From Eledone cirrhosa (Eukaryota): a stretch of 64,000 nucleotides of DNA. The notes under the pieces are model-generated. The model was not told where the DNA came from. It did not search any database and was given only the letters and a program-made list of their open reading frames with translations. Position numbers and translations under genes: made by a program. The DNA lies in contig OZ024742.1 in assembly GCA_964016885.1 (NCBI GenBank), positions 373,984,001 to 374,048,000 of the forward strand, in the 5' to 3' direction. This document shows positions 1 through 15,000 of this stretch, in pieces (positions within the stretch are counted from its first letter, which is position 1; each line of letters begins with the position of its first letter).

Positions 1-3000
1 AGCCTTTTTTGTAATGACACCAACACAATCTCGTTACAGTGTGGACTGAGCACTTTTTGTCATGATACCAACACAGTCTCGTTACAGTGTGAACTGAGCA
101 CTTTTTGTCATCACACCAACACAACCTCTTTACAGTGTGGACTGAGCACTTTTTATCATGACACAAACACAACCTCTTTACAGAGTGGACTGGGCACTTT
201 TTGTCATTACACTAACACACCTCTTTACAGTGTGGACTGAGCACTTTTTTTCATGACACTAAGACAACCTCTTTACAGTGTGAACTGAGCAATTTTTGTC
301 ATGACACCAACACAACCTCTTTACAGTTTGAACTGAGCACTTTTTGTCATGATACCAACACAACCTCTTTACAGTGTGAACTGAGCACTTTTTGTCATGA
401 TACCAACACAACCTCTTTACGGTGTGATCTGAGCACTTTTTGTCATGATACCAACACAACCTCTTTACAGTGTGAACTGAGCACTTTTTGTCATGATACC
501 AACACAACCTCTTTACAGTGTGATCTGAGCACTTTTTGTCATGACACCAACACAACCTCTTTACAGTGTGGACTGAGCGCTTTTTGTCATGACATTAACA
601 CAACCACTTTACAGTGTGGACAGAGCGCTTTTTGTCATGACACCAACACAGCCTCTTTACAGTGTGAACTGAGCACTTTTTGTCTGACACCAACACAACC
701 TCGATACAGTGTGAACTGAACACTTTTTGTCATGACACCAACACAACCTCTTTACAGTGTGGACAGAGCGCTTTTTGTCATGACACCAACACAACCTCTT
801 TACAGTGTGGACTGAGCGCTTTTTGTCATGATATTAACACAACCACTTTACAGTGTGGACTGAGCACTTTTTCTCATGACATCAACACAACCACTTTACA
901 GTGTGGACTGAGCACTTTTTGTCATGACACAAACACAACCTCTTTACAGTGTGGACTGAGCGCTTTTTGTCAAGACACCAACATAGCCTCTTTAGAGTGT
1001 GGACTGGGGGCTTTTTGTCATGACAGCAACACAGCCTCTTTACAGTGTGGACTGAGCACTTTTTGTCATGACAGCAACACAGCCTCTTTACAGTGTGAAC
1101 TGAGCACTTTTTGTCATGACCCCAACACAACCACTTTACAGTGTGTACTGAGCACTTTTTGTCATGACACCAACACAACCTCCTTACAGTGTGGCCTAAG
1201 CGCTTTTTGTCACGACACAAACACAACCTCTTTACAGTGTGAACTGAGCACTTTTTGTCATGACATCAACACAACCTCTTTACAGTGTGGACTGAGCACT
1301 TTTTGTCAAGACACTAACACAACCTCTTTACAGTGTGGACTGAGCGCTTTTTGTCATGACAGCAACACAGCCTCTTTACAGTGTGGACTGAGCCTTTTTT
1401 GTAATGACACCAACACAATCTCGTTACAGTGGGGACTGAGCGCTTTTTTTCATGATACCAACACAGTCTCGTTACAGTGTGAACTGAGCACTTTTTATCA
1501 TGACACTAACACAACCTCTTTACAGTGTGGACTGAGCGCTTTTTGTCACGACATCAACACAACCTCTTTACAGTGTGGACTGAGTGTTTTTTGTCATGAC
1601 ACAAACACAACCTCTTTACAATTTTGGACTGAGCACTTTTTGTCATAACACCAACACAACCTCTTTACAGTGTGGACTGAGCACTTTTTATCATGACACA
1701 AACACAACCTCTTTACAGAGTGGACTGGGCACTTTTTGTCATTACACTAACACAACCTCTTTACAGTGTGGACTGAGCGCTTTTTGTCCTGACATTAACA
1801 CAACCACTTTACAGTGTGGACTGAGCACTTTTTCTCATGACATCAACACAACCACTTTACAGTGTGGACTGAGCACTTTTTGTCATGACACAAACACAAC
1901 CTCTTTACAGTGTGGACTGAGCGGTTTTTGTCATGACCCCAACACAACCTCTTTACAGTGTGGACTGAGCACTTTTTGTCATGACACCAACACAGCCCCT
2001 TTACAATGTGAACTGAGCACTTTTTGTCATGACATCAACACAACCTCCTTACAGTGTGGACTGAGCGCTTTTTGTCACGACACAAACACAACCTCTTTAC
2101 AGTGTGTACTGAGCACTTTTTGTCATGACATCAACACAACTTCTTTACAGTGTCGACTGAGCACTTTTTATCATGACACCAACACAACCTCTTTACAGTG
2201 TGAACTGAGCACTTTTTTCATGACATCAACACAACATCTTTACAGTGTGGACTGAGCACTTTTTGTCAAGACACTAACACAACCTCTTTACAGTGTGGAC
2301 TGAGCGCTTTTTGTCATGACAGCAACACAGCCTCTTTAGAGTGTGGACTGAGCCTTTTTTGTAATGACACCAACACAATCTCGTTACAGTGTGGACTGAG
2401 CGCTTTTTGTCATGATACCAACACAGTCTCGTTACAGTGTGGACTGAGCACTTTTTATCATGACACTAACACAACCTCTTTACAGTGTGGACTGAGCGCT
2501 TTTTGTCACGACATCAACACAACCTCTTTACAGTGTGGACTGAGTGTTTTTTGTCATGACACAAACACAACCTCTTTACAATTTTGGACTGAGCACTTTT
2601 TGTCATGACACCAACGCAGCTTCTTTACAGTGTGGACTGAGTGCTTTTGGTCATGACACCAACACAGCCTCTTTACAGTGTGGACTGAGCGCTTTTTGTC
2701 ATGATACCAACACAACCTCTTTACAGTGTGGACTGAGCGCTTTTTGTCATGACACCAACACAGCCTCTTTACAGTGTGGACTGAGCACTTTTTGTCATTA
2801 CAGCAACACAGCCTCTTTACAGTGTTGACTGAGCGCTTTTTGTCATAACACCAACACAACCTCTTTACAGTGTGAACTGAGCACTTTTTGTCATGAAACC
2901 AACGCAACCTCGTTACAGTGTGGACTGAGCGCTTTTTGTCATGACACCAACCCAACCTCTTTACAGTGTGAACTGAGCACTTTTTCTCATGACACCAACC

Positions 3001-6000
3001 CAACCTCTTTACAGTGTGAACTGAGCACTTTTTGTCATGACACCAACATAGCCTCTTTACAGTGTAGACTGAGCACTTTTTGTCATGACACCAACACAGC
3101 CTCTTTACAGTGTGAACTGAGCACTTTTTGTCATGACACCAACACAACCACTTTTCAGTGTGGACTGAGCGCTTTTTGTCATGACACCAACATAGCCTCG
3201 TTAGAGTGTGGACTGAGGGCTTTTTTCATGACAACAACACAACCTCGATACAGTGTAGACTGAGCACTTTTTTTCATGACACCAACACAGCCTCTTTACA
3301 GTGTGAACTGAGCACTTTTTGTCGTGACACCAACACAACCTCTTTACAGTGTGGACTGAGCGCTTTTTGTAGTGACACTAATACAACCTCTTTACAGTGT
3401 GAACTGAACACTTTTTGTCATGTCACCAACACAACCTCGATACAGTGTAGACTGAGCACTTTTTGTCATGACACCAACACAACCTCGATACAGTGTAGAC
3501 TGAGCACTTTTTGTTATGACACCGAACACAACCTCTTTACAGTGTGGACTGAGCACTTTTTGTCATGACACCAGCACAACCTCTTTACAGTGTGAACTGA
3601 GCACTTTTTGTCATGATACCAACACAACCTCTTTACAGTGTGATCTGAGCACTTTTTGTCATGACACCAACACAGCCTCTTTACAGTGTGAACTGAACAC
3701 TTTTTGTCATGTCACCAACACAACCTCGATACAGTGTAGACTGAGCACTTTTTGTCATGACACCAACACAACCTCGATACAGTGTAGACTGAGCACTTTT
3801 TGTTATGACACCGAACACAACCTCTTTACAGTGTGGACTGAGCACTTTTTGTCATGACACCAGCACAACCTCTTTACAGTGTGAACTGAGCACTTTTTGT
3901 CATGATACCAACACAACCTCTTTACAGTGTGATCTGAGCACTTTTTGTCATGACACCAACACAACCTCTTTACAGTGTGAACTGAGCACTTTTTGTCATG
4001 ACACCAACACAACCTCTTTACAGTGTGGACAGAGCGCTTTTTGTCATGACACCAACACAACCTCTTTACAGTGTGGACTGAGCGCTTTTTGTCATGATAT
4101 TAACATAACCACTTTACAGTGTGGACTGAGCACTTTTTCTCATGACATCAACACAACCACTTTACAGTGTGGACTGAGCACTTTTTGTCATGACACAAAC
4201 ACAACCTCTTTACAGTGTGGACTGAGCGCTTTTTGTCAAGACACCAACATAGCCTCTTTAGAGTGTGGACTGGGGGCTTTTTGTCATGACAGCAACACAG
4301 CCTCTTTACAGTGTGGACTGAGCACTTTTTGACATGACAGCAACACAGCCTCTTTACAGTGTGAACTGAGCACTTTTTGTCATGACCCCAACACAACCTC
4401 TTTACAGTGTGTACTGAGCACTTTTTGTCATGACACCAACACAACCTCCTTACAGTGTGGACTGAGCGCTTTTTGTCACGACACAAACACAACCTCTTTA
4501 CAGTGTGAACTGAGCACTTTTTGTCATGACATCAACACAACTTCTTTACAGTGTCGACTGAGCACTTTTTATCATGACACCAACACAACCTCTTTACAGT
4601 GTGAACTGAGCACTTTTTGTCATGACATCAACACAACCTCTTTACAGTGTGGACTGAGCACTTTTTGTCAAGACACTAACACAACCTCTTTACAGTGTGG
4701 ACTGAGCGCTTTTTGTCATGACAGCAACACAGCCTCTTTACAGTGTGGACTGAGCCTTTTTTGTAATGACAGCAACACAATCTCGTTACAGTGTGGACTG
4801 AGCGCTTTTTGTCATGATACCAACACAGTCTCGTTACAGTGTGAACTGAGCACTTTTTGTCATCACACCAACACAACCTCTTTACAGTGTGGACTGAGCA
4901 CTTTTTATCATGACACAAACACAACCTCTTTACAGAGTGGACTGGGCACTTTTTGTCATGATACCAACACAACCTCTTTACAGTGTGGACTGAGCACTTT
5001 TTGTCATTACACCAACACAACCTCTTTACAGTGTGAACTGAGCACTTTTTGTCTAGACATCAACACAACCTCTTTACAGTGTGAACTGATCACTTTTTGT
5101 CATGACACCAACACAACCTCTTTACAATGTGAACTGATCACTTTTTGTCATGATACCAACACCTCTTTACAGTGTGAACTGAGCACTTTTTGTCATGATA
5201 CCAACACAACCTCTTTATAGTGTGATCTGAGCACTTTTTGTTATGATACCAACACAACCTCTTTACAGTATGAACTGAGCACATTTTGTCATGATACCAA
5301 CACAACCTCTTTACAGTGTGAACTGAGCACTTTTTGTCATGATACCAACACAACCTCTTTACAGTGTGATCTGAGCACTTTTTGTCATGATACCAACACA
5401 ACCTCTTTACAGTGTGATCTGAGCACTTTTTGTCATGACACCAACACAACCTCATTACAGTGTGGACTGAGCGCTTTTTGTCATGACATTAACACAACCA
5501 CTTTACAGTGTGGACAGAGCGCTTTTTGTCATGACACCAACACAGCCTCTTTACAGTGTGAACTGAGCACTTTTTGTCTGACACCAACACAACCTCGATA
5601 CAGTGTGAACTGAGCACTTTTTGTCATGACACCAACACAACCTCTTTACAGTGTGGACTGAGCACTTTTTGTCATGACACAAACACAACCTCTTTACAGA
5701 GTGGACTGGGCACTTTTTGTCATTACACTAACACAACCTCTTTACAGTGTGGACTGAGCGCTTTTTGTCATGATATTAACACAACCACTTTACAGTGTGG
5801 ACTGAGCACTTTTTCTCATGACATCAACACAACCACTTTACAGTGTGGACTGAGCACTTTTTGTCATGACACAAACACAACCTCTTTACAGTGTGGACTG
5901 AGCGCTTTTTGTCAAGACACCAACATAGCCTCTTTAGAGTGTGAACTGGGGGCTTTTTGTCATGACAGCAACACAGCCTCTTTACAGTGTGGACTGAGCA

Positions 6001-9000
6001 CTTTTTGTCATGACAGCAACACAGCCTCTTTACAGTGTGAACTGAGCACTTTTTGTCATGACCCCAACACAACCTCTTTACAGTGTGGACTGAGCACTTT
6101 TTGTCATGACACCAACACAACCTCCTTACAGTGTGGACTGAGCGCTTTTTGTCACGACACAAACACAAACTCTTTACAGTGTGAACTGAGCACTTTTTGT
6201 CATGACATCAACACAGGTTCTTTACAGTGTCGACTGAGCACTTTTTATCATGACACCAACACAACCTCTTTACAGTGTGAACTGAGCACTTTTTGTCATG
6301 ACATCAACACAACCTCTTTACAGTGTGGACTGAGCACTTTTTGTCAAGACACTAACACAACCTCTTTACAGTGTGGACTGAGCGCTTTTTGTCATGACAG
6401 CAACACAGCCTCTTTACAGTGTGGACTGAGCCTTTTTTGTAATGACACCAACACAATCTCGTTACAGCGTGAACTGAGCACTTTTTGTCATCACACCAAC
6501 ACAACCTCTTTACAGTGTGGACTGAGCACTTTTTATCATGACACAAACACAACCTCTTTACAGAGTGGACTGGGCACTTTTTGTCATTACACTAACACAA
6601 CCTCTTTACAGTGTGGACTGAGCGCTTTTTGTCCTGACATTAACACAACCACTTTACAGTGTGGACTGAGCACTTTTTCTCATGACATCAACACAACCAC
6701 TTTACAGTGTGGACTCAGCACTTTTTGTCATGATACAAACACAACCTCTTTACAGTGTGGACTGAGCGGTTTTTGTCAAGACACCAACATAGCCTCTTTA
6801 GAGTGTGGACTGGGGGCTTTTTGTCATGACAGCAACACAGCCTCTTTACAGTGTGAACTGAGCACTTTTTGTCATGATACCAACACAACCTCTTTACAGT
6901 GTGATCTGAACACTTTTTGTCATGATACCAACACAACCTCTTTACAGTGTGGACTGAGCACTTTTTGTCATTACACCAACACAACCTCTTTACAGTGTGA
7001 ACTGAGCACTTTTTGTCTAGACATCAACACAACCTCTTTACAGTGTGAACTGAGCGCTTTTTGTAGTGACACTAAGACAACCTCTTTACAGTGTGAACTG
7101 ATCACTTTTTGTCATGACACCAACACAACCTCTTTACAATGTGAACTGATCACTTTTTGTCATGATACCAAAACCTCTTTACAGTGTGAACTGAGCACTT
7201 TTTGTCATGATACCAACACAACCTCTTTACAGTGTGAACTGAGCACTTTTTGTCATGATACCAACACAACCTCTTTACAGTGTGATCTGAGCACTTTTTG
7301 TCATGATACCAACACAACCTCTTTACAGTTTGAACTGAGCACTTTTTGTCATGATACCAACACAACCTCTTTACAGTGTGAACTGAGCACTTTTTGTCAT
7401 GATACCAACACAACCTCTTTACAGTGTGATCTGAGCACTTTTTGTCATGATACCAACACAAACTCTTTACAGTGTGAACTGAGCACTTTTTGTCATGATA
7501 CCAACACAACCTCTTTACAGTGTGATCTGAGCACTTTTTGTCATGACACCAACACAACCTCTTTACAGTGTGGACTAAGCGCTTTTTGTCATGACATTAA
7601 CACAACCACTTTACAGTGTGGACAGAGCGCTTTTTGTCATGACACCAACACAGCCTCTTTACAGTGTGAACTGAGCACTTTTTGTCTGACACCAACACAA
7701 CCTCGATACAGTGTGAACTGAGCACTTTTTGTCATGACACCAACACAACCTCTTTACAGTGTGAACTGAGCACTTTTTGTCATGACACCAACACAACCTC
7801 TTTACAGTGTGGACAGAGCGCTTTTTGTCATGACACCAACACAACCTCTTTACAGTGTGGACTGAGCGCTTTTTGTCATGATATTAACACAACCACTTTA
7901 CAGTGTGGACTGAGCACTTTTTCTCATGACATCAACACAACCACTTTACAGTGTGGACTGAGCACTTTTTGTCATGACACAAACACAACCTCTTTACAGT
8001 GTGGACTGAGCGCTTTTTGTCAAGACACCTACATAGCCTCTTTAGAGTGTGGACTGGGGGCTTTTTGTCATGACAGTAACACAGCCTCTTTACAGTGTGG
8101 ACTGAGCACTTTTTGTCATGACAGCAACACAACCTCTTTACAGTGTGGACTGAGCACTTTTTGTCATGACACCAACACAACCTCCTTACAGTGTGGACTG
8201 AGCGCTTTTTGTCACGACACAAACACAACCTCTTTACAGTGTGAACTGAGCACTTTTTGTCATGACATCAACACAACTTCTTTACAGTGTCGACTGAGCA
8301 CTTTTTATCATGACACCAACACAACCTCTTTACAGTGTGAACTGAGCACTTTTTGTCATGACATCAACACAACCTCTTTACAGTGTGGACTGAGCACTTT
8401 TTGTCAAGACACTAACACAACCTCTTTACAGTGTGGACTGAGCGCTTTTTGTCATGACAGCAACACAGCCTCTTTACAGTGTGGACTGAGCCTTTTTTGT
8501 AATGACACCAACACAATCTCGTTACAGTGTGGACTGAGCGCTTTTTGTCATGATACCAACACAGTCTCGTTACAGTGTGAACTGAGCACTTTTTGTCATC
8601 ACACCAACACAACCTCTTTACAGTGTGGACTGAGCACTTTTTATCATGACACAAACACAACCTCTTTACAGAGTGGACTGGGCACTTTTTGTCATTACAC
8701 TAACACAACCTCTTTACAGTGTGGACTGAGCGCTTTTTGTCCTGACATTAACACAACCACTTTACAGTGTGGACTGAGCACTTTTTCTCATGACATCAAC
8801 ACAACCACTTTACAGTGTGGACTGAGCACTTTTTGTCATGACACACACACAACCTTTTTACAGTGTGGACTGAGCGGTTTTTGTCAAGACACCAACATAG
8901 CCTCTTTAGAGTGTGGACTGGGGTCTTTTTGTCATGACAGCAACACAGCCTCTTTACAGTGTGAACTGAGCACTTTTTGTCATGATACCAACACAACCTC

Positions 9001-12000
9001 TTTACAGTGTGATCTGAGCACTTTTTGTCATGACACCAACACAACCTCTTTACAGTGTGGACTGAGCGCTTTTTGTCATGACACCAACATAGCCTCTTTA
9101 CAGTGTGAACTGAGCACTTTTTGTCTGACACCAACACAATCTCGATACAGTGTGAACTGAGCACTTTTTGTCATTACACCAACACAATCTCTTTACAGTG
9201 TGGACTGAGCACTTTTTGTCATGACACCAACACAGCCTCTTTACAGTGTGGACTGAGCACTTTTTGTCATGACACCAACACAGCCTCTTTACAGTGTGAA
9301 CTGAGCACTTTTTGTCATGACACCAACACAGCCTGTTACAGTGTGAACTGAGCACTTTTTGTCATCACACCAACACAGCCTGTTACAGTGTGAACTGAGC
9401 ACTTTTTGTCATGACACCAACACAGCCTCTTTACAGTGTGAACTGAGCACTTTTTGTCATGACACCAACACAACCTCTTTACAGTGTGGACTGAGCACTT
9501 TTTGTCATTACACCAACACAACCTCTTTACAGTGTGAACTGAGCACTTTTTGTCTAGACATCAACACAACCTCTTTACAGTGTGAACTGATCACTTTTTG
9601 TCATGACACCAACACAACCTCTTTACAATGTGAACTGATCACTTTTTGTCATGATACCAACACCTCTTTACAGTGTGAACTGAGCGCTTTTTGTCATGAT
9701 ACCAACACAACCTCTTTACAGTGTGATCTGAGCACTTTTTGTCATGATACCAACACAACCTCTTTACAGTTTGAACTGAGCACTTTTTGTCATGATACCA
9801 ACATAACCTCTTTACAGTGTGAACTGAGCACTTTTTGTCATGATACCAACACAACCTCTTTACAGTGTGATCTGAGCACTTTTTGTCATGATACCAACAC
9901 AACCTCTTTACAGTGTGATCTGAGCACTTTTTGTCATGACACCAACACAACCTCTTTACAGTGTGGACTGAGCGCTTTTTGTCATGACATTAACACAACC
10001 ACTTTACAGTGTGGACTGAGCGCTTTTTGTCATGACACCAACACAGCCTCTTTACAGTGTGAACTGAGCACTTTTTGTCTGACACCAACACAACCTCGAT
10101 ACAATGTGAACTGAGCACTTTTTGTCATGACACCAACACAACCTCTTTACAGTGTGAACTGAGCACTTTTTGTCATGACACCAACACAACCTCTTTACAG
10201 TGTGGACAGAGCGCTTTTTGTCATGACACCAACACAACCTCTTTACAGTGTGGACTGAGCGCTTTTTGTCATGATATTAACACAACCACTTTACAGTGTG
10301 GACTGAGCACTTTTTCTCATGACATCAACACAACCACTTTACAGTGTGGACTGAGCACTTTTTGTCATGACACAAACTCAACCTCTTTACAGTGTGGACT
10401 GAGCGCTTTTTGTCAAGACACCAACATAGCCTCTTTAGAGTGTGGACTGGGGGCTTTTTGTCATGACAGCAACACAGCCTCTTTACAGTGTGGACTGAGC
10501 ACTTTTTGTCATAACAGCAACACAGCCTCTTTACAGTGTGAACTGAGCACTTTTTGTCATGACCCCAACACAACCTCTTTACAGTGTGGACTGAGCACTT
10601 TTTGTCATGACACCAACACAACCTCCTTACAGTGTGGACTGAGCGCTTTTTGTCACGACACAAACACAACCTCTTTACAGTGTGAACTGAGCACTTTTTG
10701 TCATGACATCAACACAACTTCTTTACAGTGTCGACTGAGCACTTTTTATCATGACACCAACACAACCTCTTTACAGTGTGAACTGAGCACTTTTTGTCAT
10801 GACATCAACACAACCTCTTTACAGTGTGGACTGAGCACTTTTTGTCAAGACACTAACACAACCTCTTTACAGTGTGGACTGAGCGCTTTTTGTCATGACA
10901 GCAACACAGCCTCTTTACAGTGTGGACTGAGCCTTTTTTGTGATGACACCAACACAATCTCGTTACAGTGTGGACTGAGCGCTTTTTGTCATGATACCAA
11001 CACAGTCTCGTTACAGTTTGAACTGAGCACTTTTTGTCATCACACCAACACAACCTCTTTACAGTGTGGACTGAGCACTTTTTATCATGACACAAACACA
11101 ACCTCTTTACAGAGTGGACTGGGCACTTTTTGTCATTACACTAACACAACCTCTTTACAGTGTGGACTGAGCGCTTTTTGTCCTGACATTAACACAACCA
11201 ATTTACAGTGTGGACTGAGCACTTTTTCTCATGACATCAACACAACCACTTTACAGTGTGGACTGAGCACTTTTTGTCATGACACAAACACAACCTCTTT
11301 ACAGTGTGGACTGAGCGGTTTTTGTCAAGACACCAACATAGCCTCTTTAGAGTGTGGACTGGGGTCTTTTTGTCATGACAGCAACACAGCCTCTTTACAG
11401 TGTGAACTGAGCACTTTTTGTCATGATACCAACACAACCTCTTTACAGTGTGATCTGAGCACTTTTTGTCATGACACCAACACAACCTCTTTACAGTGTG
11501 GACTGAGCGCTTTTTGTCATGACATTAACACAACCACTTTACAGTGTGAACTGAGCACTTTTTGTCATGACACCAACACAACCTCTTTACAGTGTGAACT
11601 GAGCACTTTTTGTCATGACACCAACACAACCTCTTTACAGTGTGGACAGAGCGCTTTTTGTCATGACACCAACACAACCTCTTTACAGTGTGGACTGAGC
11701 GCTTTTTGTCATGATATTAACACAACCACTTTACAGTGTGGACTGAGCACTTTTCCTCATGACATCAACACAACCACTTTACAGTGTGCACTGAGCACTT
11801 TTTGTCATGACACAAACACAACCTCTTTACAGTGTGGACTGAGCGCTTTTTGTCAAGACACCAACATAGCCTCTTTAGAGTGTGGACTGGGGGCTTTTTG
11901 TCATGACAGCAACACAGCCTCTTTACAGTGTTGACTGAGCACTTTTTGTCATAACAGCAACACAGCCTCTTTACAGTGTGAACTGAGCACTTTTTGTCAT

Positions 12001-15000
12001 GACCCCAACACAACCTCTTTACAGTGTGGACTGAGCACTTTTTGTCATGACACCAACACAACCTCCTTACAGTGTGGACTGAGCGCTTTTTGTCACGACA
12101 CAAACACAACCTCTTTACAGTGTGAACTGAGCACTTTTTGTCATGACATCAACACAACTTCTTTACAGTGTCGACTGAGCACTTTTTATCATGACACCAA
12201 CACAACCTCTTTACAGTGTGAACTGAGCACTTTTTGTCATGACATCAACACAACCTCTTTACAGTGTGGACTGAGCACTTTTTGTCAAGACACTAACACA
12301 ACCTCTTTACAGTGTGGACTGAGCGCTTTTTGTCATGACAGCAACACAGCCTCTTTACAGTGTGGACTGAGCCTTTTTTGTGATGACACCAACACAATCT
12401 CGTTACAGTGTGGACTGAGCGCTTTTTGTCATGATACCAACACAGTCTCGTTACAGTTTGAACTGAGCACTTTTTGTCATCACACCAACACAACCTCTTT
12501 ACAGTGTGGACTGAGCACTTTTTATCATGACACAAACACAACCTCTTTACAGAGTGGACTGGGCACTTTTTGTCATTACACTAACACAACCTCTTTACAG
12601 TGTGGACTGAGCGCTTTTTGTCCTGACATTAACACAACCAATTTACAGTGTGGACTGAGCACTTTTTCTCATGACATCAACACAACCACTTTACAGTGTG
12701 GACTGAGCACTTTTTGTCATGACACAAACACAACCTCTTTACAGTGTGGACTGAGCGGTTTTTGTCAAGACACCAACATAGCCTCTTTAGAGTGTGGACT
12801 GGGGTCTTTTTGTCATGACAGCAACACAGCCTCTTTACAGTGTGAACTGAGCACTTTTTGTCATGATACCAACACAACCTCTTTACAGTGTGATCTGAGC
12901 ACTTTTTGTCATGACACCAACACAACCTCTTTACAGTGTGGACTGAGCGCTTTTTGTCATGACATTAACACAACCACTTTACAGTGTGAACTGAGCACTT
13001 TTTGTCATGACACCAACACAACCTCTTTACAGTGTGAACTGAGCACTTTTTGTCATGACACCAACACAACCTCTTTACAGTGTGGACAGAGCGCTTTTTG
13101 TCATGACACCAACACAACCTCTTTACAGTGTGGACTGAGCGCTTTTTGTCATGATATTAACACAACCACTTTACAGTGTGGACTGAGCACTTTTCCTCAT
13201 GACATCAACACAACCACTTTACAGTGTGCACTGAGCACTTTTTGTCATGACACAAACACAACCTCTTTACAGTGTGGACTGAGCGCTTTTTGTCAAGACA
13301 CCAACATAGCCTCTTTAGAGTGTGGACTGGGGGCTTTTTGTCATGACAGCAACACAGCCTCTTTACAGTGTGGACTGAGCACTTTTTGTCATGACAGCAA
13401 CACAGCCTCTTTACAGTGTGAACTGAGCACTTTTTGTCATGACCCCAACACAACCTCTTTACAGTGTGGACTGAGCACTTTTTGTCATGACACCAACATA
13501 ACCTCCTTACAGTGTGGACTGAGCGCTTTTTGTCACGACACAAACACAACCTCTTTACAGTGTGAACTGAGCACTTTTTGTCATGACATCAACACAACTT
13601 CTTTACAGTGTCGACTGAGCACTTTTTATCATGACACCAACACAACTTCTTTACAGTGTGAACTGAGCACTTTTTGTCATGACATCAACACAACCTCTTT
13701 ACAGTGTGGACTGAGCACTTTTTGTCAAGACACTAACACAACCTCTTTACAGTGTGGACTGAGCGATTTTTGTCATGACAGCAACACAGCCTCTTTACAG
13801 TGTGGACTGAGCCTTTTTTGTAATGACACCAACACAATCTCGTTACAGTGTGGACTGAGCGCTTTTTGTCATGATACCAACACAGTCTCGTTACAGTGTG
13901 AACTGAGCACTTTTTGTCATCACACCAACACAACCTCTTTACAGTGTGGACTGAGCCCTTTTTATCATGACACAAACACAACCTCTTTACAGAGTGGACT
14001 GGGCACTTTTTGTCATTACACTAACACAACCTCTTTACAGTGTGGACTGAGCGCTTTTTGTCCTGACATTAACACAACCTCCTTACAGTGTGGACTGAGC
14101 GCTTTTTGTCACGACACAAACACAACCTCTTTACAGTGTGAACTGAGCACTTTTTGTCATGACATCAACACAACTTCTTTACAGTGTCGACTGAGCACTT
14201 TTTATCATGACACCAACACAACCTCTTTACAGTGTGAACTGAGCACTTTTTGTCATGACATCAACACAACCTCTTTACAGTGTGGACTGAGCACTTTTTG
14301 TCAAGACACTAACACAACCTCTTTACAGTGTGGACTGAGCGCTTTTTGTCATGACAGCAACACAGCCTCTTTACAGTGTGGACTGAGCCTTTTTTGTGAT
14401 GACACCAACACAATCTCGTTACAGTGTGGACTGAGCGCTTTTTGTCATGATACCAACACAGTCTCGTTACAGTTTGAACTGAGCACTTTTTGTCATCACA
14501 CCAACACAACCTCTTTACAGTGTGGACTGAGCACTTTTTATCATGACACAAACACAACCTCTTTACAGAGTGGACTGGGCACTTTTTGTCATTACACTAA
14601 CACAACCTCTTTACAGTGTGGACTGAGCGCTTTTTGTCCTGACATTAACACAACCAATTTACAGTGTGGACTGAGCACTTTTTCTCATGACATCAACACA
14701 ACCACTTTACAGTGTGGACTGAGCACTTTTTGTCATGACACAAACACAACCTCTTTACAGTGTGGACTGAGCGGTTTTTGTCAAGACACCAACATAGCCT
14801 CTTTAGAGTGTGGACTGGGGTCTTTTTGTCATGACAGCAACACAGCCTCTTTACAGTGTGAACTGAGCACTTTTTGTCATGATACCAACACAACCTCTTT
14901 ACAGTGTGATCTGAGCACTTTTTGTCATGACACCAACACAACCTCTTTACAGTGTGGACTGAGCGCTTTTTGTCATGACATTAACACAACCACTTTACAG

